Source: Candidatus Parcubacteria bacterium
GTDB lineage: Bacteria; Patescibacteriota; Minisyncoccia; 2-02-FULL-40-12; GWA2-44-9
Direction: 5' to 3'
DNA length: 36,928 bases
NCBI GenBank assembly: GCA_019662005.1
Contig: JAIFWG010000003.1
Span: forward strand, 1-36,928
A program made the position numbers and the translations under genes. The notes below the pieces were generated by a model. That model was not told where the DNA came from and searched no databases. It saw only the letters and a list, made by a program, of their open reading frames with translations. Each line of letters opens with the position of its first letter. Within the stretch, counting starts at the first letter, position 1. This document shows, in pieces, positions 26,355 to 34,656 of the stretch.

Positions 26355-27096
26355 GATTTTAAAAACAATGACTCAGCTTTATGATTCTTTCGCAAAGAAT
26401 ATGGAGCTGAATCCCACAATTAATGTAGCCCAGCCAGAAATTAACATTCCAGAAATTAAAGTTCCGGATATTTATGTTCCCGAAATAATAATTCCGACCA
26501 TTAATGTACCAACTCCCCAAGTCACCGTCAACCCAGAAATCAATATTGACTTAAATAAAGTCATAGATGCTCTTGAAAATCTAAAATACCTATCAAACCT
26601 ACCAAATAAGCCACTCTCGGTTCGTATGTCTGATGGGAATAAGTTTGTGAAGGTTATCCAACAACTTCAGAAAGCAACTGACAATCTCGGCGTAGTTTAC
26701 GCTGGCCAAAGCGGAATCACTTCCGACGAACTTACTATTATCTCCGGAAGAGACGCGACTGATTTTATATGGAATGGGACAGCAAAATTAACTCCTAAAT
26801 TCGCCACAATTGCAGCGAGTTCTTCTGGAAACAATACTATCGTTTCAGCCGTAAGCACTAAAAAAATCAGAGTTATTCAGATGGATTTAATGGCCGATGG
26901 GGATGTTAATGTAAAGTTTCAAAGCGGAGCAGGTGGAACAGATATTACGGGACTTTCTTACCTGACTCTTAACACGGGTCTTGTGAGAGGCTATTCTCCT
27001 ATCGGATGGTTTGAAACTGCGGCCAGCAATCTTCTTAATTTAAATTTAAGTGACGCGGTCGCGGTAGGGGGTTCGCTTACCTACGTAGAGGTTTGA
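26338..27096 (+). CDS. Virion structural protein with P-x-I-x-[IV] pentapeptide repeats and C-terminal beta domain
   Basis: PEINIPEIKVPDIYVPEIIIPTINVPTPQVTVNP; SSSGNNTIVSAV..KKIRV...GWFET...LNLNLS.AV.V.G...Y decoration-like domain. Confidence 0.7.
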   Translation: MRRLAEILKTMTQLYDSFAKNMELNPTINVAQPEINIPEIKVPDIYVPEIIIPTINVPTPQVTVNPEINIDLNKVIDALENLKYLSNLPNKPLSVRMSDGNKFVKVIQQLQKATDNLGVVYAGQSGITSDELTIISGRDATDFIWNGTAKLTPKFATIAASSSGNNTIVSAVSTKKIRVIQMDLMADGDVNVKFQSGAGGTDITGLSYLTLNTGLVRGYSPIGWFETAASNLLNLNLSDAVAVGGSLTYVEV

Positions 27097-28541
27097 TGTT
27101 AAGCGTAATCATTCCTTCCCGAAATGAAATATATCTAGAAAAAACTATCCGAAATATCCTTGAGAACGCCCAAGGAGATATTGAAGTCATCGCGGAACTG
27201 GATGGGTACGTTCCCGACCCTCAGATTATCATTGATGATCCTCGCGTAAAGTTTGTTCATCATCCCACCTCTATCGGGCAACGCGCCTGTATTAATCACG
27301 GGGTTTCGATTGCTTCTGGAAAATTCATCATGAAACTTGATGCTCATTGTGCGGTAGCTCTTAGATTTGATGTGGAGCTTGCAAAGAACTGTGAAGAGTC
27401 ATGGACGGTCGTTCCCCGAATGTACAACCTCGATATTCATACCTGGAAACCAAAACTTCACAAGCTCACCGATTATATGTATTTCACAAGTCCTAATGAT
27501 CCAGACAAACCATTTCGCGCAGCCTACTACGAAGGCCGAGAATACCGAAGACAACACAAAAACCCCGAAATAATTGATGACACCATGTGTTGTATGGGGC
27601 CGGGCTGGTTCATGCATAAAAAAAGGTTTTTAGAGCAGGGGGGTTGTGATGAGTTCCATGAAGGTGGCTGGGGTCAGCAAGGGATTGAAGTTTCGCTTAA
27701 AGCATGGCTTTCCGGCGGCGCTCTTAAAGTAAATAAAAATACTTGGTTCGCTCATTGGTTTCGAGGCGGTGGTGGGCCTGGGTTTCCTTATCACCTTTCA
27801 GGTAATCAGGTTGAGAGAGTCCGAGATTATAGCAAGGATCTTTGGCTGAATGACAAATGGCCGCTGGCAACTCGAAAATTGTCCTGGGTCATTGAGAAAT
27901 TCAGACCGCCTACCTGGGATGAATATGTCGAACCTAATGAAAACGAGAAAAAGAATTTATTCGTCAAATTTTACAGGCACATGATCAAACCTGGAAAGAA
28001 TGTTATTCGCTGGAGAGGTCATCGAGTTCTAAAACTGCCATCTGACCTTGCCTTATATCAACAAGCTATCTTTGAAAAAAAACCTGATTTTATTGTTGAG
28101 ACAGGAACTAAATGGGGAGGTTCTGCGATTTTCTTGGCGGATATGTGTGAGTTGAATGGGCATGGTCAGGTTATTACCGTTGATATTGCACCGCTTCACA
28201 AACCAGAGCATCCAAGGATTACTTACATCACAGGAAATTCAATAGATAAAGCAATCGTTGAACAGATTAAAGGAATCGTTGGAGATAAATCGGTCATGGT
28301 CATATTAGATTCTGACCATTCATTCCATCATGTGATGTGGGAACTTCATCGCTATAACAAGCTTGTGACGCTTGGACAGTATCTTGTCGTTGAAGATTGC
28401 CACAATAAATACGGAGAGCGTCATCATCCGATGGACGCAAGAGACTGGTTTTTAAAAAGAACCGGAAGATTCAAGTTAGAAGATTTCGCGAGTAAATATT
28501 TAGTGGGTCTTTCAATGGATGGGTGGTTGCTCAGAAAATGA
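27096..28541 (+). CDS. Polypeptide GalNAc-transferase-like (GT27/GT2) glycosyltransferase fused to a CmcI-family O-methyltransferase
   Basis: SVIIPSRNE, KLDAHC, GGCDE...WGQQGIEVSLKAWLSGG and AHWFR...PY; then WRG...K.PSDL..YQ..I...KPD.IVETGT..GGS, VILDSDHS and YLVVED. Confidence 0.9.
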   Translation: MLSVIIPSRNEIYLEKTIRNILENAQGDIEVIAELDGYVPDPQIIIDDPRVKFVHHPTSIGQRACINHGVSIASGKFIMKLDAHCAVALRFDVELAKNCEESWTVVPRMYNLDIHTWKPKLHKLTDYMYFTSPNDPDKPFRAAYYEGREYRRQHKNPEIIDDTMCCMGPGWFMHKKRFLEQGGCDEFHEGGWGQQGIEVSLKAWLSGGALKVNKNTWFAHWFRGGGGPGFPYHLSGNQVERVRDYSKDLWLNDKWPLATRKLSWVIEKFRPPTWDEYVEPNENEKKNLFVKFYRHMIKPGKNVIRWRGHRVLKLPSDLALYQQAIFEKKPDFIVETGTKWGGSAIFLADMCELNGHGQVITVDIAPLHKPEHPRITYITGNSIDKAIVEQIKGIVGDKSVMVILDSDHSFHHVMWELHRYNKLVTLGQYLVVEDCHNKYGERHHPMDARDWFLKRTGRFKLEDFASKYLVGLSMDGWLLRK

Positions 28542-29308
28542 AAGTCTCCATAATTATTTCAGTATTAGACAGCCACGAAGCTTTACGACGCCAGCTTCTT
28601 TACATGGAAAAAATGGGAATTCCAGATGATACCGAAATTGTCATCGTGGATGATGGAAGCAAAATCCCTCTCGAATATCACGGTAATCTTCCCGTCCGAA
28701 TTCTTCGTCTTGAATGGCCAGAACGAAAATGGACAGCTTCAATCGCGCGTAACAGGGGAGTTGAAATTGCGAATGGTGAGTATCTTTTAATGTTCGATCT
28801 TGATCATTTCATAAACAAAGAACTCCTTGATATGGTCAGGACATTCGGCGGGTATAAAGTCCAATTCATTAGGTCAATCGCTGTGATATTAGAAGATGGA
28901 AGTTTCTGTCAAGATCCTGAAGTGCTTTTCAAATGGGGATATCCCAAAAGCAGATATATGGTCAGAGGGTTTGGGATTACTCCCCATCCCAATATGTTTG
29001 CGATGCGTAAAGACATATTTTTAAAACTTGGCGGTTATGACGAATATAGAGTCTTGAATCGTCAATATCCCCAAGGCGAAGACAGCTATTTCAAAAAGGT
29101 TTGGCAATCGAAAGTAGATGAAGGCATTTATCATGTCCACACCGAACGCCCGACGATTTACACATTCCCGACTGGAAAAATGTGTGGGGATGTAGATTTC
29201 AATCCCTTTAATCTTTTCCACAATTCAAGCCGTGCCACTGATCGGAACAAATTCTACAAAAAACAAATCGAGAAATATGGACATAACCGGGATATACATT
29301 TCTCTTAA
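28538..29308 (+). CDS. GT2-family glycosyltransferase with GT7C-like C-terminal motif
   Basis: VSIII, IVIVDDGS, ARNRG..ANGEYLLMFDLDH, F.KLGGYDE, QGEDSYF. Confidence 0.9.
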   Translation: MKVSIIISVLDSHEALRRQLLYMEKMGIPDDTEIVIVDDGSKIPLEYHGNLPVRILRLEWPERKWTASIARNRGVEIANGEYLLMFDLDHFINKELLDMVRTFGGYKVQFIRSIAVILEDGSFCQDPEVLFKWGYPKSRYMVRGFGITPHPNMFAMRKDIFLKLGGYDEYRVLNRQYPQGEDSYFKKVWQSKVDEGIYHVHTERPTIYTFPTGKMCGDVDFNPFNLFHNSSRATDRNKFYKKQIEKYGHNRDIHFS

Positions 29309-29981
29309 TAAGCTACCTCAATATTGGGTTGATTATCACCTTGAAGTTCTTAAAGATGCTGCCCCGGGCATGCCCATTATTTCCATCACAAAAAAACCGA
29401 TGGATTTGGGAATGAATCTTTTGGATACCGATGAGCCTGGGTACACCAATATTTACAGGCAGTTATTAAGAGCGGCGAAATTAGCCACGACAAAATACGT
29501 TGCAATGATTGAGGATGACTGCCTTTATTCAAAAAGCCATTTTTTTAAATTCAGGCCACAAGATGATGAGTTTGCCTATAACCGAAACAGATGGTCTCTC
29601 TTTAGTTGGGGGGAGCCTATTTACTCGCTCAGACAAAGACTGAGTAACTGCTCTCTCATCGCTCCGCGTGATCTTTTAATAGAAGCTCTTCAAGAACGCT
29701 TTGATAAATACAACGGGCATCCTCCGGACAGTGAAATGGGTGAATGCGGAAGAGCCAGGATTGAAGACAGGCTGAAAGTTACTCGCCGTAAACAGGTCGA
29801 TTTTTTATCAAGAGTTTCAATTGTCCATATTAATCATCCTCTTGGAACTGAGGATAGACAACAACAACAGTGGAAATCTCATGCAGAGATCAGGGCTTAT
29901 GACATTCCTCATTGGGGGAAAGCTGCGGACATAGTCAATTTTTTTAATAATGGAATTAACCAAATGGAGGCTTTGAAATGA
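29277..29981 (+). CDS. GT-A fold glycosyltransferase-like protein
   Basis: IYRQ.L.AAK.ATTKYVAMIEDDCLY..SHF; start trimmed to ATG 29277. Confidence 0.7.
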   Translation: MDITGIYISLNKLPQYWVDYHLEVLKDAAPGMPIISITKKPMDLGMNLLDTDEPGYTNIYRQLLRAAKLATTKYVAMIEDDCLYSKSHFFKFRPQDDEFAYNRNRWSLFSWGEPIYSLRQRLSNCSLIAPRDLLIEALQERFDKYNGHPPDSEMGECGRARIEDRLKVTRRKQVDFLSRVSIVHINHPLGTEDRQQQQWKSHAEIRAYDIPHWGKAADIVNFFNNGINQMEALK

Positions 29982-30397
29982 GCGTAACTCGATGGGGGCC
30001 GGATACCTGCAAATGTCTATTTGATTTTGAGCCTGATCCCAATGATGGAACTAATCAAATTCTGATAGAAGTTCTGAATATTTGTTCAGAACATAAAGGG
30101 TTGTCTGGAAAGGATCTTCACCAGACAGTTTTAAAGCAAGAGAACCAGCATAAAAACAAAATACATTCAAAATTATTGGAACTCGATGCCATGGCTGAAG
30201 ACATAACTCAAGACGATGGCTCCGTGATAAGACGATTCAAGAAAGGGGTTGGATTTGATTTTAATTTCACAGGTAAAGACGATTCAAGGACTTTAAATAT
30301 AACGACTAAAGGGCATGTTTTATCAGGGGCTCAAAAGGCAGCATTGACTGATTTTTCTCTTCAAGAAACAGGGAAATCAATTTTAGAGATTAAATAA
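29978..30397 (+). CDS. Hypothetical protein, W.PDTC.C paralog 1
   Basis: WGPDTCKC...ICSEH...ENQHKN; GGAGG RBS. Confidence 0.75.
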   Translation: MSVTRWGPDTCKCLFDFEPDPNDGTNQILIEVLNICSEHKGLSGKDLHQTVLKQENQHKNKIHSKLLELDAMAEDITQDDGSVIRRFKKGVGFDFNFTGKDDSRTLNITTKGHVLSGAQKAALTDFSLQETGKSILEIK

Positions 30398-30413
30398 CTG
30401 GAAAGGGAATCTA

Positions 30414-30833
30414 ATGACTATACAAACGAATGCTTGGCACCCGGATACCTGCGGATGTGCTTTTGAATATACATGGGATGATCAGGATTTAGATCGCGTG
30501 CGGACTTTGAATAAAGTCATTCATGTGTGCGATCTCCATAAAATAATTTCTCTCACACCTTCAAGCCATTACTCGACAGTATCAGATGAAAACGTGAGAA
30601 AGAACAAACTTTATGGGAGATTTTTGGGAGTTTCTGATCTCACGCAAACGGATGCAAGCGGAAATGTTAATTTTAAAAACGGGGTAGATGTCTCATTCTC
30701 TTGGGACGGGACTGATTATGCCCGGATATTAAGCGCTTCTATCACTGGTTATAACCTGTCTGGGGCCAATAAAAATTCCGTACAAGATTGGTGTGACTCG
30801 ACCTTCGGGTTTGGGAAAGTAGCTATTAACTAA
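30414..30833 (+). CDS. Hypothetical protein, W.PDTC.C paralog 2
   Basis: WHPDTCGC...VCDLH...ENVRKN; same length (139 aa). Confidence 0.75.
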   Translation: MTIQTNAWHPDTCGCAFEYTWDDQDLDRVRTLNKVIHVCDLHKIISLTPSSHYSTVSDENVRKNKLYGRFLGVSDLTQTDASGNVNFKNGVDVSFSWDGTDYARILSASITGYNLSGANKNSVQDWCDSTFGFGKVAIN

Positions 30834-30835
30834 AA

Positions 30836-32795
30836 ATGGGCAATACGTTAATCCAAACTCAGACAGACAGCGCTCTTTCCACCAACCAAGTCTCAGACGG
30901 AACTACTTTTTACAATGCTTTAGGTGGTGCGATTAGAGGCAGCACAACCGAAACTTTCCGTCAATTTATAAACCGGACGGGAAGCGAAAGCTTCCATTTT
31001 TGTTTCCGCCAATGATGTCAGTAGTGCAAGCACTCTTAAATTCAGGAAAAATACGGCAGACGGCTCAACGGCTGCGAGCATTACTGGCAACACCACAGGC
31101 TTTTTTCAAGACGCGACCAACACAGATTCTGTCGTTGCCGGTGATCTTGTTGATTGGTCTATTACTGCGCCCGCTGTGGCCGGAAATCATTCAATCGAAT
31201 ATAAAAATATTTATGCCACATTTGCTGCTGGTACAAATTCATTCCAACGGCTCATAGGTTACACTGACGGAACAACCGGTACGCCGCCCCAAATAGTAAG
31301 CGCCGCGACTCGTTATTATAACGCTGGCGGAAATGTAAGTGCCCTTTCCGTGACGGAAGCTCCTGCCCAATTTAAATACAGAACAGCCGGGACGATTAAA
31401 AGTCTTTCCCAGATGGTCAGCGCAAACTCAGCCAGTTTCGCTACGACCGTAACTTTAAACATAAATGGTACGGGTGGCACTAATACGATTTCTGTAACGG
31501 CATCCACCACCGGTCTTTTTGAAGACACAACTCATTCCGATACGATTGCGGCAGGAGATCTCATTTCAATCGTTGGCGTCGGGGGCGTCGGAACTGGAAG
31601 TTCTACTATTCTTGGGGCTGCGCTTGAATTCGGGACTACGAATAGTAAGTTCCAAATGTATAGCTGGACTTCTCCAACAGCCCTTACTGCCGGTTCAACA
31701 TTCTACTATCCTTTATCCGGCGGTCTTATTGTCAATACGACAAACACAGAAAACGAATCCATTCAGCTTCGCGCTTCCTTCGTGATGACGGCTACAAATC
31801 TAGAATGTTATCTCACGGCCAATGCTTCTACAGGCGCCGGAACATTTGATTTTAGAAATGGTGCCGCAAGCACCGCTCTCACAATTTCTGTCACAGCTCT
31901 TACATCGGGTCTTTTTGAGGACACAACTCATTCTGCTTCAATCGCAATAGGGGACAAAATAAATTATAGGTATGTCGTAGGTTCCGGCGGAACTGGAACT
32001 TTAGATATGTTTGGCTGTATGCTGGCAGCTTCTGGCTCATCGCCTTCCAGCAGTCCGAGCTCAAGTCCTAGCAGTTCTCCAAGCCCGTCATCTTCGCCTT
32101 CGAGCAGTCCAAGTTCTTCACCGAGTCCATCTACAAGTCCATCAAGCAGTCCAAGTAGTTCACCCAGTTCGAGTCGTAGTTCGAGTCCTAGCTCATCACC
32201 CAGTCCATCGACTTCACCAAGTTCTTCGCCGAGCACATCACCAAGTAGTTCACCGAGCCCAAGTACGAGTCCATCGGCATCGCCGAGCACGAGTCCTTCA
32301 ACATCTCGGAGTGCATCACCTAGCACCAGTCCATCGAGCAGTCCAAGTCCATCGACAAGTCCGAGTTCAAGTGCGTCGACAAGTCCAAGCAGCAGTCCGT
32401 CACCATCGACTTCACCGTCTAGTTCTCCGTCAACTTCGCCTAGTAGCTCACCAAGCCCTAGTACGAGTCCGTCAAGTAGCCCAAGTAGCTCAAAATCAAC
32501 TTCGCCAAGTACGAGCGTTTCTTCGTCGCCCAGCAGTTCGCCATCAACTTCACCAAGTTCATCGCCGAGTCCGTCAACGAGTCCTAGTTCATCGCCTAGT
32601 TCGAGTCGTAGCGCAAGTCCATCAAGCAGTCCAAGCACGTCACCGTCAAGTTCTCCGAGCCCTTCGGCTTCACCATCAAGCAGTCCGAGTAGTTCACCAA
32701 GCAGTTCACCATCAGCAAGCCCTTCAGCATCACCGAGTTCATCTCCTTCTGCTGGAGCGTTTTTACCGAGACTAACATTGTTAGGAGCGGGATAA
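30836..32795 (+). CDS. Mucin-like virion protein: three tandem beta domains + Ser/Pro/Thr stalk; +1 frameshift at 30972-31015
   Basis: ORF 30836-31015 (MGNTLIQ...RQFINRTG) continues in a frame that is open 30972-32795; TG[FL]F[QE]D.T...GD occurs three times; SPSS stalk; ends LTLLGAG. Confidence 0.75.
32032..32750 (+). repeat. Coding low-complexity repeat (S[STA]SP / SPSP), about 240 codons
   Basis: The peptide is almost entirely S/P/T/A and is encoded by mixed TCN and AGY codons. Confidence 0.95.
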
Positions 32796-32798
32796 ATT

Positions 32799-33101
32799 AT
32801 GCCATTCACTGATGATCAATTTAAGGAATTTATCAAAGCAATGGATACCAGAGAAATGCTTATTCGCATTGATGAAAACACTAAGAATTTTCATCAATCA
32901 ATTGGTCGACGATTGGATGATCATATCAATGAAGACTTAAAAGAACTGGGTGTTCATACTCGCGACATTGAAAAATCTCATATCCGCATTGATGTCTTAG
33001 AAAAAGAACAAACAAAGCTCAGGGGAATCGTAATAGGTGTTGGAACGCTCGCAACCATAATTCTATCCATGCTCCAACTGTGGATAGCGTTCGTTAAATA
33101 A
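32799..33101 (+). CDS. Coiled-coil protein with C-terminal TM helix (holin-associated)
   Basis: LIRIDEN...RIDVLEK...GIVIGVGTLATIILSMLQLWIAFVK. Confidence 0.7.
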   Translation: MPFTDDQFKEFIKAMDTREMLIRIDENTKNFHQSIGRRLDDHINEDLKELGVHTRDIEKSHIRIDVLEKEQTKLRGIVIGVGTLATIILSMLQLWIAFVK

Positions 33102-33115
33102 TAGGAGGATTAAAA

Positions 33116-33319
33116 ATGAATCAATTTTTAAGCATTTTAAAGCTTGAACCGCTCAAAGGCAGTAGAACACAATTCACGATTTTGGCAGGGTTGGTAATTA
33201 ATATTTTGGTTCAGATTGGATTTATTCATTGGACGCCAGATCAAGTAAAGACGGTGAATGATTTTTTGACTTTAATTGCTGGCTATTTCCTAGCCGAAAA
33301 ACTCACGGTGTCAAAATGA
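33116..33319 (+). CDS. Holin (2 hydrophobic segments)
   Basis: 67 aa; LKGSRT start motif; AGGAGG RBS. Confidence 0.7.
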   Translation: MNQFLSILKLEPLKGSRTQFTILAGLVINILVQIGFIHWTPDQVKTVNDFLTLIAGYFLAEKLTVSK

Positions 33320-33594
33320 AAAAAATATTGATTGGATTTATAGTCTTTGGAATGATTGGATGTGCGGCGGTTAAACAATCAAAAATTGATGCGACGGATT
33401 GCTTTAAAGACCCGGCTTGCAGAGAAGATGCGGTAGCAATAGCAGATAACGTTAAGGCTGAAGTGGTGGCTGTGGTCGGGGTTAGTCCATTGCCTCTTTC
33501 TACAAATGTTGTTGGGGGAATCGCCTACGGAGTAGCATTGATTCTAGCTTTAATTAAACTCGGCAAAAATAAACGCGAAGAAGTTCCTGCATAA
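33316..33594 (+). CDS. Lipoprotein with C-terminal TM helix; unimolecular-spanin-like
   Basis: MKK + hydrophobic core + MIGC lipobox; C-terminal VVGGIAYGVALILALIKLG followed by KNKR. Confidence 0.6.
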   Translation: MKKILIGFIVFGMIGCAAVKQSKIDATDCFKDPACREDAVAIADNVKAEVVAVVGVSPLPLSTNVVGGIAYGVALILALIKLGKNKREEVPA

Positions 33595-33657
33595 AGGATC
33601 ATAGCAGATTGCATTCTCTCAAACGGTGGGGAAAGTAAAAATAGAGGATAAGCTTCT

Positions 33658-33843
33658 ATGGAAAAAGATAATCAGAAGGACTTTGTGGAGTACGATGAGG
33701 ACGCTTTCAAGCCTTACGTTTCTACTCTTCGCGAACTAACATCCGAGCCTGTTCGTTTTACAATTTATCAGCGGTATGCTCAGTTGCTTGATATTGGGGA
33801 TCGTCAATCCCGTCGCAGCAGCGCAGGAAGAACTTTTGATTAA
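33658..33843 (+). CDS. Hypothetical protein (61 aa)
   Basis: Track ORF with GAGG upstream; last rightward gene. Confidence 0.5.
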   Translation: MEKDNQKDFVEYDEDAFKPYVSTLRELTSEPVRFTIYQRYAQLLDIGDRQSRRSSAGRTFD

Positions 33844-33844
33844 T

Positions 33845-34420
33845 CTAGCTAGCGTTCTTTTCGTCCCTTTTATGGCGCTTTAGCGTCCAAATACGATTGT
33901 AGCAGCGGCTACATCTGCCGAAAGAATTGTGCTTGGTATCATTTTTTCCGCATAAAATACAATTGGTGTATTTTCTTGACCATCCTCTTTTCCCGAAGCT
34001 GGATCTTAGCGAGTTTTCCCATCTATCAATAAACCTACAATTATTAAATTCATAATGCCCACTGCTGTCAATTCTATCGATAGAAGGATTTTCTAATTTA
34101 TCGGCATTATCTCTAAACCACAAATCCTTAATTTGTTCTTTGGTTAGGAAACATTTTATTCCTTTAGCGCCATACCAACGATAAGCTGTATTGCTTTTTA
34201 CATGACACCTCCCCTGTATTCCTTTTAAAATTTTTTCCCAATGGGGAAGGGAATGGAATCTAGCATTCTTAATCTTCTTAATTCTTTCAAAATTTTTAAG
34301 ATAAAAATCCCTGTTTTTCTTTAAGCATATTTCTCGATTCTTTTCGTAATATTCTTTATTTTTCTGTTTAACTTTTTCTGGATTTTTTAACTTCCATTTT
34401 TCCAAACTTTCAGTAGACAT
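33845..34420 (-). CDS. HNH-type endonuclease with C-terminal Zn finger
   Basis: RC....N.AY.WYGAKGIKC...W...PSIDRID..GHYE..NCRF....EN; then CILC...H...GRCSRCY. Confidence 0.88.
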   Translation of the reverse strand: MSTESLEKWKLKNPEKVKQKNKEYYEKNREICLKKNRDFYLKNFERIKKIKNARFHSLPHWEKILKGIQGRCHVKSNTAYRWYGAKGIKCFLTKEQIKDLWFRDNADKLENPSIDRIDSSGHYEFNNCRFIDRWENSLRSSFGKRGWSRKYTNCILCGKNDTKHNSFGRCSRCYNRIWTLKRHKRDEKNAS

Positions 34421-34454
34421 TTTTAATTTTTGTTCCGTCTATGATTTTTTAAAG

Positions 34455-34536
34455 ATGCTGACTGGGAAACGCCTCTTCATTTGCCGTGAGTTAAGGTTAG
34501 TTTCGTTGCCCCTGTTTGCCGCAGGCCAGTCAGCAT
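34455..34536 (-). ncRNA. Three-way-junction RNA with two identical CGGCAAA loops
   Basis: 11-bp perfect stem ATGCTGACTGG/CCAGTCAGCAT; CCTG-CGGCAAA-CAGG; GAAAC/GTTTC enclosing TCA-CGGCAAA-TGA. Confidence 0.55.
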
Positions 34537-34542
34537 GTAAAA

Positions 34543-34656
34543 TTATTTTTTCGAATAATAATCCCAAACAATTCCAACTATAAAGGCAATAAATACAATA
34601 AAACTAATAGCACCAATTTTTATGAAAGCGTCCCATGTTTCAAAACAATCAGTCAT
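34543..34656 (-). CDS. Small membrane protein (37 aa)
   Basis: MTDCFETWDAFIKIGAISFIVFIAFIVGIVWDYYSKK; GAGGAG RBS; ATGA overlap. Confidence 0.65.
   Translation of the reverse strand: MTDCFETWDAFIKIGAISFIVFIAFIVGIVWDYYSKK

Noticed and set aside
31000..31257. Track ORF of 85 aa
   Set aside because: It overlaps the frame that encodes the first beta-domain repeat, which is clearly the coding frame.
31512..31933. 26-nt near-identical pair (31512-31537 and 31908-31933, one A/G difference) as a DGR TR/VR
   Set aside because: Too short, the change is synonymous, it is explained by domain duplication, and there is no reverse transcriptase in the window.
32032..32750. Possible CRISPR array or DNA tandem repeat
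   Set aside because: No constant repeat with unique spacers; the periodicity is at the peptide level.
31964..32809. Long alternative ORFs over the Ser/Pro repeat (281 aa on -, 254 aa on +)
   Set aside because: Shadow frames kept open by the restricted S/P/T codon set; no RBS or operon fit.
34455..34536. Hammerhead ribozyme or c-di-GMP-I riboswitch
   Set aside because: CTGA and GAAA are present, but the CUGANGA core is not and CTGA lies inside the closing stem; the GEMM tetraloop/receptor layout is also absent.
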